A stretch of DNA of 52,037 bases from positions 1 to 52,037 of IMG/VR virus record IMGVR_UViG_3300025151_000050; one strand, 5' to 3'. Origin of the DNA: a virus (lineage: Duplodnaviria; Caudoviricetes). Below are positions 36,981-45,360 of this stretch, in pieces. A program made the translations under genes and the position numbers. The notes under the pieces were generated by a model. It was not told the origin of the DNA. It was given only the letters and a program-made list of their open reading frames with translations, and did not search any database. Numbering within the stretch: the stretch's first letter is position 1; each line of letters opens with the position of its first letter.

Positions 36981-37132
36981 TTCTCTAGTCTCCTTAGATT
37001 TAATTGGTATTGATACCGTACTCGTTTAGTAGCCTGCTTGATAGAAATGTGGGTATACTCAGCAGCTGAGACATTCCTACCAAGGGCTACATCTTTACGG
37101 TTTATATAATGAATAAACTCGCTTGCTCTCAT
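36977..37132 (-). CDS. 51-aa ORF (MRASEFIHYINRKDVALG...) overlapping a long RNA hairpin
   Basis: Not in the ORF track. ATGA overlaps at both ends. Confidence 0.5.
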   Translation of the reverse strand: MRASEFIHYINRKDVALGRNVSAAEYTHISIKQATKRVRYQYQLNLRRLEK

Positions 37133-37470
37133 CCTCCAAAGTACTCCTGTAAATCACAATAAATAGCGTGCATAATTTCAGTATATCTTTCTTCATTAAC
37201 ACGTTCATTATTTATTTCTCTTAATTCTACAAATACTTTAGTGATAAGAGCTTGAAAGGGTTGTTCTAACCATGGCTTAGGAGGAGGTTCTTTTAACAAC
37301 GCCTTATTTAGCTCGGATGGATGTTCATTTATCATATGTTCCATAAGATTATTATCAGGTTGATTGATAAATATATCATCAACATATCTATTGTCTTCTT
37401 GCACACAGAAAGGACATGGCTCACCATTACCAACAGCTAACATACCTTCAACATCTATTTGTTTAGCCAT
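37129..37470 (-). CDS. Hypothetical protein with C2H2-like zinc finger (CPFC...HMINEH)
   Basis: AAGGAGG RBS. CxxC followed by HxxxxH. Confidence 0.7.
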   Translation of the reverse strand: MAKQIDVEGMLAVGNGEPCPFCVQEDNRYVDDIFINQPDNNLMEHMINEHPSELNKALLKEPPPKPWLEQPFQALITKVFVELREINNERVNEERYTEIMHAIYCDLQEYFGG

Positions 37471-37594
37471 TTCTGTCCTCCTTATTTATTTTATTTACAT
37501 CGATACCAAGTTTCTTTTCTATGTTCTCGATGCGATTTAATATAATTCTAGCTGTCTCTCTTAGTTCTCTAACTATATCATCATAGATACTCAT
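37463..37594 (-). CDS. 43-aa coiled-coil peptide (MSIYDDIVRELRETARIILNRIENIEKKLG...)
   Basis: Not in the ORF track. AAGGAG RBS. Confidence 0.65.
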   Translation of the reverse strand: MSIYDDIVRELRETARIILNRIENIEKKLGIDVNKINKEDRNG

Positions 37595-37608
37595 TTGTTC
37601 GCTCCTTG

Positions 37609-37880
37609 TTTAAATTGTTGGGCTACTAGTCGCTCCTGACGTTCACCCACGCACCTTTAGTCTATCAGAATTATGTTGTGCTAGCAGAGTGGAGAAGGGT
37701 TAAATCACCATATTAACTTTCCTCAGCTTTGGCCGTCAAGCCGCTATTATATACTATTAAAGTATACTATACATTATGGCTCTAACCCCATAACAGCAGA
37801 ATCCTACTCATTAATACTTTTAACTCTCATCAGGCTATTAACCTGAGCCGAACCCTCAAAGCGGGCTAACACAATTTAAA
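37609..37880 (-). ncRNA. Candidate 272-nt ncRNA closed by a 10-bp terminal stem
   Basis: TTTAAATTGT at 37609-37618 and ACAATTTAAA at 37871-37880 bracket an intergenic block with internal hairpins. Strand inferred from flanking genes. Confidence 0.45.
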
Positions 37881-37881
37881 T

Positions 37882-38064
37882 TTACTTATCATTACCATAA
37901 AATATATCTAGGATAGGACTGATAGATAATCCTAGAAAGATTAACCACGCTGTTAATATTGGCGTTAGTTCGATACCTTTATACCAGTGATGTAACACAA
38001 GTATAGACATTAATATTTGTGCTGCTATTGGGGCATATTTAGCCCATTTATCAAAGAAATCCAT
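37882..38064 (-). CDS. Two-helix membrane protein
   Basis: GGAG RBS and two hydrophobic segments. Confidence 0.7.
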   Translation of the reverse strand: MDFFDKWAKYAPIAAQILMSILVLHHWYKGIELTPILTAWLIFLGLSISPILDIFYGNDK

Positions 38065-38178
38065 AATGTTGACACTCCATATTGTTTAGGACACGTTTAT
38101 TTATATATACTTACGTTTTAGTGTGTGTGAGAAGTAGTAAGGAAGTGAGTAAGAACCCACTCCCCTGCTACGATAAGA

Positions 38179-38538
38179 CTAATTGAAAGGCTGTTCAGAT
38201 ACAGAATCATCAGTATCTTGTTGCAATGATGCTTGATACTGTGCTTTGGTGTAAAGTTTGTCATCCTTGTCAATATAAATCTCTTCTCCATACTCAGCCT
38301 TGTAAAGCTCCACCTCTTCATCATTCACATCATTGAGCCAAATAGTAACTATATCACTAGTAGCCTCTTGTGACTGAGTAACACCTCTCTTGAGTCTAGA
38401 TATTGAGAAGTTTGTAGATGTATCGCCAAAGAAATCAACTGTCTTTTTGGGTTGCCTATTTGAGTAAGCCCAAGTGTTGCCTGAGTTGCCTGTAGTTGCT
38501 GAAGACCAAGCTATCTTCTGTAGTGTAAGACGTTCCAT
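38179..38538 (-). CDS. First gene of the leftward operon, with an acidic SSB-like tail
   Basis: AAAGGAG RBS. C-terminus DTDDSVSEQPFN. Confidence 0.75.
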   Translation of the reverse strand: MERLTLQKIAWSSATTGNSGNTWAYSNRQPKKTVDFFGDTSTNFSISRLKRGVTQSQEATSDIVTIWLNDVNDEEVELYKAEYGEEIYIDKDDKLYTKAQYQASLQQDTDDSVSEQPFN

Positions 38539-38663
38539 ATATTCTCCTTTGTAATTAATTCAATTCAAACTTAACCTTTTTCGATATGAAAAAAGCTATA
38601 TCAAGGGGTATACCTTATGAATATGGTTGTATAACATTTTGTAATATTTTTCAAAACTTGCCC

Positions 38664-38693
38664 TTGTATTTATAATAGTAGGTTTAGTATATT
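38664..38693 (+). promoter_or_regulatory. Sigma70-like promoter TTGTAT-N18-TATATT
   Basis: Lies in the divergent intergenic region just before a structured non-coding block. AT-rich DNA makes a chance match possible. Confidence 0.4.
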
Positions 38694-39019
38694 ATTTGGT
38701 TCATGAGGCAATATATAAATATTATCACCCTAGAAGTACCCCTGCAATGGTTCTGCTTAGAGGGTCAGACGTTGGTTTTACTCTCCATATAGGATAAAGA
38801 GTTTTTCACCGATAGCCTCACAAATTGTTTTAATATAAGCTTTAGTATGGGTCGATGTATAATTACTCGATGAAGGCAAGATGAGAATGAGAATGTCCGT
38901 AGGAGACTAAATAAGCTTGGTTTACTGAAAGTAGTTATCTAGTGTACTGGCTAAATGTGAAATTTAAAATTAAATATTTTTACCCTACAGGGATACTTAC
39001 GTCCTTTTGCATGTCGCTC

Positions 39020-39055
39020 ACACTATTTGGAAATAGTGTTCGCTTTTTGTATATT
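39020..39055 (+). promoter_or_regulatory. Sigma70-like promoter TTGGAA-N17-TATATT with a palindrome over the -35
   Basis: -35 at 39027-39032 and -10 at 39050-39055. Inverted repeat ACACTATTT-GG-AAATAGTGT at 39020-39039. The predicted +1 coincides with the ATG at 39062. Confidence 0.6.
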
Positions 39056-39061
39056 TAACCT

Positions 39062-39277
39062 ATGAGTAAACCTAAAAAGAATATTGTTACTTATACATTA
39101 AATATTAAATACAATAAAGATACCGATGAAGTTGAATATATTGCAGAAGGTTATGATGATGATATGGCTGATTTTGTCCCTATAACTCCATTTAATATAG
39201 AAAAAGACTATACTGAGTTTATTACAAGTGAAGATATGGAAATGATACAAGAAATTTATGACATCGAAGATTGTTAA
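39062..39277 (+). CDS. Acidic hypothetical protein, probably leaderless
   Basis: No SD sequence. The ATG lies 7 nt after the -10 box. Confidence 0.7.
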   Translation: MSKPKKNIVTYTLNIKYNKDTDEVEYIAEGYDDDMADFVPITPFNIEKDYTEFITSEDMEMIQEIYDIEDC

Positions 39278-40008
39278 TGAGACAATATACTGTAAATAAA
39301 TTTAAACATAATGTATATGAAGATGATGGGGAAGTTCCGTCTAATATAATTGTTAAAGAAGATTGGCGTACAGCTAATATAGGAGACTGGGTAAGAGCAG
39401 ATGATGACTGCATTATTCAGATTCTTCGTAAAGGTAAGATGCTTAGAAAAAAAGGTACTCGGTATTATGTAGGAACATGTACGGGTACTTTTTTAGTTTT
39501 ACCTAAAACAAAAATGGATACAGACCGTAGGTCTAATATATACTCTTTTGGTGGGCATGAAACACCTGAGGAAGTAGTAAAGAATAGAAAAGAATTAACA
39601 GCCAATGAGGAACTTTTTGTTAAGTTTATGGCTATAGATAAAGATATGCCAGAAGAAGCGTACGTTAAAGCGTTTCCTACAAATAATAAAAGGTATGCTA
39701 GAGTTAAAGCTGCTAACCTTTTACAAACTGAGAGGATAAGAACTCGCATGAAAGAAGACTTAAAACCAACCTTAGATGAATTAGGTATAGACGATAGAAT
39801 GGTTCTAAGTGGAATAAAGTCAGAAGCAGTAAATGCTGAAAAAGCAGATACAAGACTTAAAGCTTTATTTAAATTATCTGATATACTTGATTTAGAAGAA
39901 AAGACTACTACTAAAGTCCAGCAAGTTGCAGGAGCTGTATTTCAAGGATTTACCGATGATATGATAGAACCTGTAGAAAAATTAAAAGAAATATCTGATG
40001 GAAAATAG
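39277..40008 (+). CDS. terS: Terminase small subunit with N-terminal extension
   Basis: LTANEELFV...EEAYVKAF...AANLL HTH and D.RLKALFKL motif. TAATG-coupled start, upstream of terL. Confidence 0.7.
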   Translation: MRQYTVNKFKHNVYEDDGEVPSNIIVKEDWRTANIGDWVRADDDCIIQILRKGKMLRKKGTRYYVGTCTGTFLVLPKTKMDTDRRSNIYSFGGHETPEEVVKNRKELTANEELFVKFMAIDKDMPEEAYVKAFPTNNKRYARVKAANLLQTERIRTRMKEDLKPTLDELGIDDRMVLSGIKSEAVNAEKADTRLKALFKLSDILDLEEKTTTKVQQVAGAVFQGFTDDMIEPVEKLKEISDGK

Positions 40009-40153
40009 TAGGCCCAAGTTAGAGGCAGTTAGGCTTGAAACTCCATTTGGTGCTATAGAAAGTGATAGTGGTAATCATTCTGTAGATGTTATTACTATAG
40101 GTGCATTGATAATTATATTATATATATGCAAGAGGATATATTTTGGTAGATGA
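39998..40153 (+). CDS. 51-aa protein with C-terminal transmembrane segment
   Basis: Not in the ORF track. Overlaps the terS end. Ends VITIGALIIILYICKRIYFGR. Confidence 0.55.
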   Translation: MENSRPKLEAVRLETPFGAIESDSGNHSVDVITIGALIIILYICKRIYFGR

Positions 40154-40172
40154 TAGAAGAGGTAATTAGTTT

Positions 40173-41726
40173 ATGGCTAATGTTAATTTTAATAATGTAT
40201 CAAAAGCAGAAGAAGCATTAAAACTTGCTAGTAAAGATAATATTGCATTTGGTAAATTATTTTTACAAGATGACTTTCTTAGGAGTGAAACTCCACCTTT
40301 CCATTATGAAATAGCCGATGTAATTTCAAACGAAGAACATAAGCAAGTAGCTATAATACTTCCTAGGGGTCATGGTAAGACAGTAATGACTAAGTGTGAT
40401 ATACTTAAATCATTTTGCTTTACTAAAGACCCTTTGTTTTATGGATGGGTATCAGCTACTGCTAAATTAGCTACTGGTAATATGGATTATATTAAATACC
40501 ATATTGAATTTAACGAACGGATTAATTATTACTTTGGTAACTTAAAGGGTAATAAATGGACTGAAACTGATGTGGAGCTTACAAATGGATGCAAACTTAT
40601 TTCAAAATCAAATATCTCAGGGATTCGTGGAGGTGCTAAACTCCATAAAAGATACGACCTTATCATTCTGGACGACTTTGAAGACGAAAACAATACGATT
40701 ACACCAGAAGCTAGAGCCAAAAACTCCAACCTTATCACTGCTGTGGTCTTTCCTGCACTTGAACCTCATACTGGTAGGTTACGTATTAATGGTACTCCTG
40801 TGCATTTTGATTCTTTTATTAACAATCTTATTGTTAATCACGAGCAGTCTAAGAAAGAAAACAAAGACTTTTCGTGGAAAGTAGTTCTTAAAAAAGCAAT
40901 AGAAGATGATGGTACTATGCTATGGGATTCATGGTTTGGTGCTAAAGAAATGGAGCGTAAAAAGAAGTTTTACGCTGATAGTGGGCAACCCCAAAAGTTT
41001 TTCCAAGAATATATGATGGAAGTGCAGAGTGAAGATGATGCTATGTTTACTCGCGACCATATTAAATATTATAAAGGTAACTTTATGCATGATGCTGATT
41101 CAGGAATAGGATATCTTATACCTGATGATGGAGATGCACAGCCTGTAAATGTATATGTAGGAGTTGACCCAGCGACTGACAGTGCAAGAAGAGAAGCTGA
41201 TTATAGCGTATTACTTGCAGTTGCAGTTGATTTAAACAACAATGTATATATATTAGAATATTTAAGAAAAAGAGGTATACCTGTACTTGGTATTCCAGGA
41301 GAGGATAAAAAAGGAATAGTAGATTATATTTTTGACTTTGCGTCTAAATATTCTCCACAGCTATTTACTATAGAAGATACTGCAATGAGTAAGCCAGTAT
41401 TCCAAGCATTAAGAGCCGAGATGCGTAGACGCAATAATTTTGATGTACGTTTTAAGGAAGAATTACCAGGAACTAGATTATCTAAAAGAGATAGAATACA
41501 AGGTATTCTTGCACAACGATTTGCAATAGGTCAAATACATTTAAAGAAAGATATGTATGATTTACAAAGAGAGATAATAACATTTGGTCCACGTATGAGC
41601 CATGATGATACTATTGATGCACTTGCATATGCATGTAAGTATGCACAGCCACCTATTGGAATAAAAGAAAATAAAGATAGTTATTATAAACATAGACCAA
41701 AAGCTAAAAGCTGGGTAACTGCGTAA
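40173..41726 (+). CDS. terL: Terminase large subunit
   Basis: Walker A PRGHGKT, Walker B LIILDDFE, GTP motif, nuclease motifs VGVDPA and HDDTIDA. Confidence 0.95.
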   Translation: MANVNFNNVSKAEEALKLASKDNIAFGKLFLQDDFLRSETPPFHYEIADVISNEEHKQVAIILPRGHGKTVMTKCDILKSFCFTKDPLFYGWVSATAKLATGNMDYIKYHIEFNERINYYFGNLKGNKWTETDVELTNGCKLISKSNISGIRGGAKLHKRYDLIILDDFEDENNTITPEARAKNSNLITAVVFPALEPHTGRLRINGTPVHFDSFINNLIVNHEQSKKENKDFSWKVVLKKAIEDDGTMLWDSWFGAKEMERKKKFYADSGQPQKFFQEYMMEVQSEDDAMFTRDHIKYYKGNFMHDADSGIGYLIPDDGDAQPVNVYVGVDPATDSARREADYSVLLAVAVDLNNNVYILEYLRKRGIPVLGIPGEDKKGIVDYIFDFASKYSPQLFTIEDTAMSKPVFQALRAEMRRRNNFDVRFKEELPGTRLSKRDRIQGILAQRFAIGQIHLKKDMYDLQREIITFGPRMSHDDTIDALAYACKYAQPPIGIKENKDSYYKHRPKAKSWVTA

Positions 41727-42052
41727 TGGATATACTTGCATTAATAGAAACGTTTGGAGTTCCAGTTGCTATGAGTATTGCATTTGGTTTTTTTATTTGG
41801 AAACAAAACAACTGGATACAAAACGAACTACAAAAAGAACTACGAGAATCTTTCGAACGATTAGAAGATATGATAGATAAAGATTTTAGAAATATAGTTA
41901 TTGGTCTTATTAATGCACAAAAAGAAACTCAAATTAAAATAAGTGAAATAAATAGAAGTTATAAAGCTATTGTCGAAATTATATGTATGTTAGAAGATAA
42001 TGGTTTAAAAAAGAAATGGCTTCAGAAAAAAACAGTAGAAGAAGACTGGTAA
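41726..42052 (+). CDS. N-terminally anchored membrane protein, holin-like
   Basis: One TM segment (FGVPVAMSIAFGFFIW) followed by a coiled coil. Confidence 0.55.
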   Translation: MDILALIETFGVPVAMSIAFGFFIWKQNNWIQNELQKELRESFERLEDMIDKDFRNIVIGLINAQKETQIKISEINRSYKAIVEIICMLEDNGLKKKWLQKKTVEEDW

Positions 42053-42093
42053 ACTTTATTATATTTAGATGCTAAATACCATAAGGACTATAA

Positions 42094-44358
42094 ATGGCAA
42101 AAATAGATAAAAGAGTACAAAGAATTAATGACGTGTACAATGCCTCACGTACTGAAAAAAGAGTACAGTGGGAATATATTAATCAAAAAGGATTTGATTT
42201 TGCTAATGACAATCAATTAACTGAAGAAGAACGATTACAACTTGAAGAACAAGGTATGCCAACATTTACTATTAATAGGATTATTCCTGTTGTAGAAATG
42301 TTAAATTATTATGCTACTGCTAAAACGCCAAGATGGCAAGCAGTAGGAGTTGATGGTAGTGATAGTGATGTAGCTTCAGTATTTTCTGATGTAGCTGATT
42401 ATATTTGGTATCATTCAAAAGGTGATACGCTGTTATCTAATGCTGTTAATGATAGTATAACTAAATCAATAGGTTATTTATTAGTAACTATAGACCCTAA
42501 TGCTGATAGAGGAATGGGAGAAGTTGTTATAAAACAACCAGACCCATTTGATATATTTGTAGATAATAAATCAAGAGATATTTTATTCAGGGATGCAGCA
42601 TATATTCTCATCCGCAAAATCCTACCAAAAGGTCATCTCGTTAAACTGTTTCCAGAAAGCAAAAGAAAAATAATGACTGCATCCTCGAATAATAATAGTT
42701 ATGATAATTATTCTGAAAAAAGTATTGATAGAAGTCAGCATGATTTCCATTATAAAGAAATGGAAGACAATACATCTTTATATAATGACAAAGAAAGTCA
42801 ACTATTAGAATTTCATGAATTATACGAAAAAGTTAAATTAGAATATGTTAATGTTTTTTATAGAGAGCTTCCTGATGAAGAGAAAATGAAAGATATTATA
42901 GCTGAAACAGAACAAATAATTAAAAGAATGTCTGTTGAACTTGAGGTTGCGTTTAAAGAAAAGAAATTAGAAATGGATATAATGCTTGAAAAAGGAGAAT
43001 TGCTTCCAGAGCGTTATGAATTAGAACTTCAAAAAATTAAAGAATCTAATAAACAGCAATTAGAGCAAGTAGAAATAGAAACAATGCACAGACTTACAGA
43101 AGAAGATTCTAAAACTTCTAATAAAATAGTTACTGCAAAAGAATTTAAAGTATTACAAGAAACTAAAACATTTAAAGATAGAATATTAAATGCTGTTAAT
43201 TTTTATGAAGATAAAGTAAAACTTACATGTATTGCTGGAGATAAGTTTTTATATGAAAAATTTTTACCAATAACTGAATATCCATTAATACCATTTCATT
43301 ATAAATGGACAGGAACACCTTTCCCAATGTCAGCTGTTTCTCCATTAATAGGAAAACAAAGAGAATTAAATAAAGCTCATCAGTTAATGGTACATAACGC
43401 ATCATTAGGTTCATCATTAAGATGGATGTACGAAGAAGGAAGTATTGATACAGACTATTGGGAAAAATATTCATCAGCTCCTGGTGCTTTGTTGCCAAAA
43501 CGTAGTGGTTTTGAAGCTCCACAGCCAGTAATGCCTTTTCAATTAAACAATGCATTTTTTAGTTTAGTGCAAGCAGGTAAAGGAGATATGGAATATTTAG
43601 CTGGTATATATTCATCAATGCAAGGTGATATAGGAGCTTCAGGAGATATGCCTTATCGTGGTATGCTTGCTATGGATGAATACGGAACTAGAAGAATTAA
43701 ATATTGGTTAAAAAATAGCATGGAACCTGCACTTCAACAAGTAGGTCAAGTTGTTAAAGAATATTCTCAAGCTGTTTATACAGCACACAAAGTATTTACA
43801 ATTACTCAACCTGATGATAGTATAAAAACCGTTGAATTAAATGTTCCATTGTATAATGACTTTGGAAGAGTAATAGGCAAATGGAGAGATTACAATACAT
43901 CTAGATTTGATGTAAGAATTTTATCAGGTTCTACATTGCCATTAAATAGATGGGCATATTTAGAAGAATTAAAACAATTAATGCAGCTTGGAGTTGTAGA
44001 TGATATGGCTGTACTAGCTGAAACTGATATAAAGAATAAAGATAAAATAGCATCACGTAAATCTTTATATGCTCAATTACAAGGTCAGATTGAAGAAATG
44101 AAAAAATTAATGCAAGATAAAGAGGGAACTATTGAAACCCTTGAAAGACAACTTGTTCAAGCAGGTATTAAAAATAAAGTTATGCAAGGTCAAGTTGAAA
44201 TTAGTAAACAAACACACGATTCAAGAAGTGCTATTAAAAAAGAAGAGATGGAAAGCAAAGCAATGCAAAAACTCTTAAGGCAAATGATGAAAAATGATGC
44301 TGACACTAAAAAAACAAAAGCACAAGATAAAATGAATAATTTGCAAAATAAAAATTAG
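42094..44358 (+). CDS. Portal protein (P22-like) with helical insertion and C-terminal coiled coil
   Basis: NQLT...P.FTINRI.P, YPLIPF, Q.ELNK and FDVRI..G motifs. Lies after terL. Confidence 0.9.
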   Translation: MAKIDKRVQRINDVYNASRTEKRVQWEYINQKGFDFANDNQLTEEERLQLEEQGMPTFTINRIIPVVEMLNYYATAKTPRWQAVGVDGSDSDVASVFSDVADYIWYHSKGDTLLSNAVNDSITKSIGYLLVTIDPNADRGMGEVVIKQPDPFDIFVDNKSRDILFRDAAYILIRKILPKGHLVKLFPESKRKIMTASSNNNSYDNYSEKSIDRSQHDFHYKEMEDNTSLYNDKESQLLEFHELYEKVKLEYVNVFYRELPDEEKMKDIIAETEQIIKRMSVELEVAFKEKKLEMDIMLEKGELLPERYELELQKIKESNKQQLEQVEIETMHRLTEEDSKTSNKIVTAKEFKVLQETKTFKDRILNAVNFYEDKVKLTCIAGDKFLYEKFLPITEYPLIPFHYKWTGTPFPMSAVSPLIGKQRELNKAHQLMVHNASLGSSLRWMYEEGSIDTDYWEKYSSAPGALLPKRSGFEAPQPVMPFQLNNAFFSLVQAGKGDMEYLAGIYSSMQGDIGASGDMPYRGMLAMDEYGTRRIKYWLKNSMEPALQQVGQVVKEYSQAVYTAHKVFTITQPDDSIKTVELNVPLYNDFGRVIGKWRDYNTSRFDVRILSGSTLPLNRWAYLEELKQLMQLGVVDDMAVLAETDIKNKDKIASRKSLYAQLQGQIEEMKKLMQDKEGTIETLERQLVQAGIKNKVMQGQVEISKQTHDSRSAIKKEEMESKAMQKLLRQMMKNDADTKKTKAQDKMNNLQNKN

Positions 44359-44402
44359 TGTGTTAATTTATCTATTAGATTTTTCAATAAAAGGAGAAGT
44401 AA

Positions 44403-45296
44403 ATGAGTGATAATACAAACGGTAACCCAAAAGCAGTAGATGATGCAGTTTTTGGCTCCGCAGATTCATTCTTTGACTCACTTGAAGATGATGTTAATGG
44501 CATCATTCATGATGATGTTGATGAAACAAAGGCAACTCCAGAAATGGACCCCAATGTAAATAATCAGCCTCAAGAAACACAGGTGTCAAATACCTCAACT
44601 GAAAATCAAGATATTGATTGGAAGAAAAGGTACAGCGATTCCAGTCGTGAAGCACAAAAAATGCAAGCCGAGCTTAATGAGCTCAAACCTTACGTTCCAG
44701 TGTTAGATGCGATGAAAAAAGATAGTAGACTAGTAGACCATGTTAGAGGATATTTCCAAGAAGGCAATGACGTTCCACAAAATATCAAAGAGCAATTAAA
44801 GCTTCAAGAAGATTTTGAGTTCGATACTGACGAAATGGTAAATAACCCTAATTCGGACTCTCGTAAGGTCTTTAATTCAATGGTAGACAATATTGTTCAA
44901 ACACGAGCAAATCAAATACTGTCACAACAAGAACATCAATCTAGAGAAGCTAAAAATAAAGAAGCTATAAAAAATGAAGCTTTGGCTTTCAAAGAAAAGC
45001 ATAATATGGATTCTGATGAATTTAAAGTTTTTTTAGATACTGCTAAGAGTAAATTCTCTAAGCAAGGTCGCTTGTCTTTTGATGATATGTATTTACTTGT
45101 TAATCGTGATTCAGTTAAACAAAATGTTGCCAATGCAGCCAAGGAAGATATGCTTACTCAAATGAAGAATGTTAGAAACATTCCAACTAGTCAAGGAGGC
45201 ACTAATAACGCAGGAAATACTAAAGCTAGTCCAGATGATGGTGTATTTGATGTATTATTAGATGTCGATGGTAATCTCGATAACATGTTTGGCTAG
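44403..45296 (+). CDS. Capsid scaffolding protein
   Basis: Acidic and helical, WKKRYSDSSREAQK motif, between portal and major capsid genes. Confidence 0.8.
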   Translation: MSDNTNGNPKAVDDAVFGSADSFFDSLEDDVNGIIHDDVDETKATPEMDPNVNNQPQETQVSNTSTENQDIDWKKRYSDSSREAQKMQAELNELKPYVPVLDAMKKDSRLVDHVRGYFQEGNDVPQNIKEQLKLQEDFEFDTDEMVNNPNSDSRKVFNSMVDNIVQTRANQILSQQEHQSREAKNKEAIKNEALAFKEKHNMDSDEFKVFLDTAKSKFSKQGRLSFDDMYLLVNRDSVKQNVANAAKEDMLTQMKNVRNIPTSQGGTNNAGNTKASPDDGVFDVLLDVDGNLDNMFG

Positions 45297-45360
45297 ATAA
45301 AACAACTAAAAAGACTATCTAGCTTAACTAACTTCACATAAATGTGGAAAGGATAGTCTC

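Noticed and set aside
37716-37724. GAGGAAAGU resembling the RNase P RNA conserved region
   Set aside because: The following UCC and the complementary 3' P4 strand are absent.
37826-37833. CUGAUGAG hammerhead-like core on the - strand
   Set aside because: No stem II followed by GAAA at a suitable distance, and the motif is tied up in a local hairpin.
37840-37870. GGTTCG T-loop-like sequence suggesting a tRNA or tmRNA
   Set aside because: No cloverleaf, acceptor stem or CCA end could be built. No tRNA was recognised anywhere in the window.
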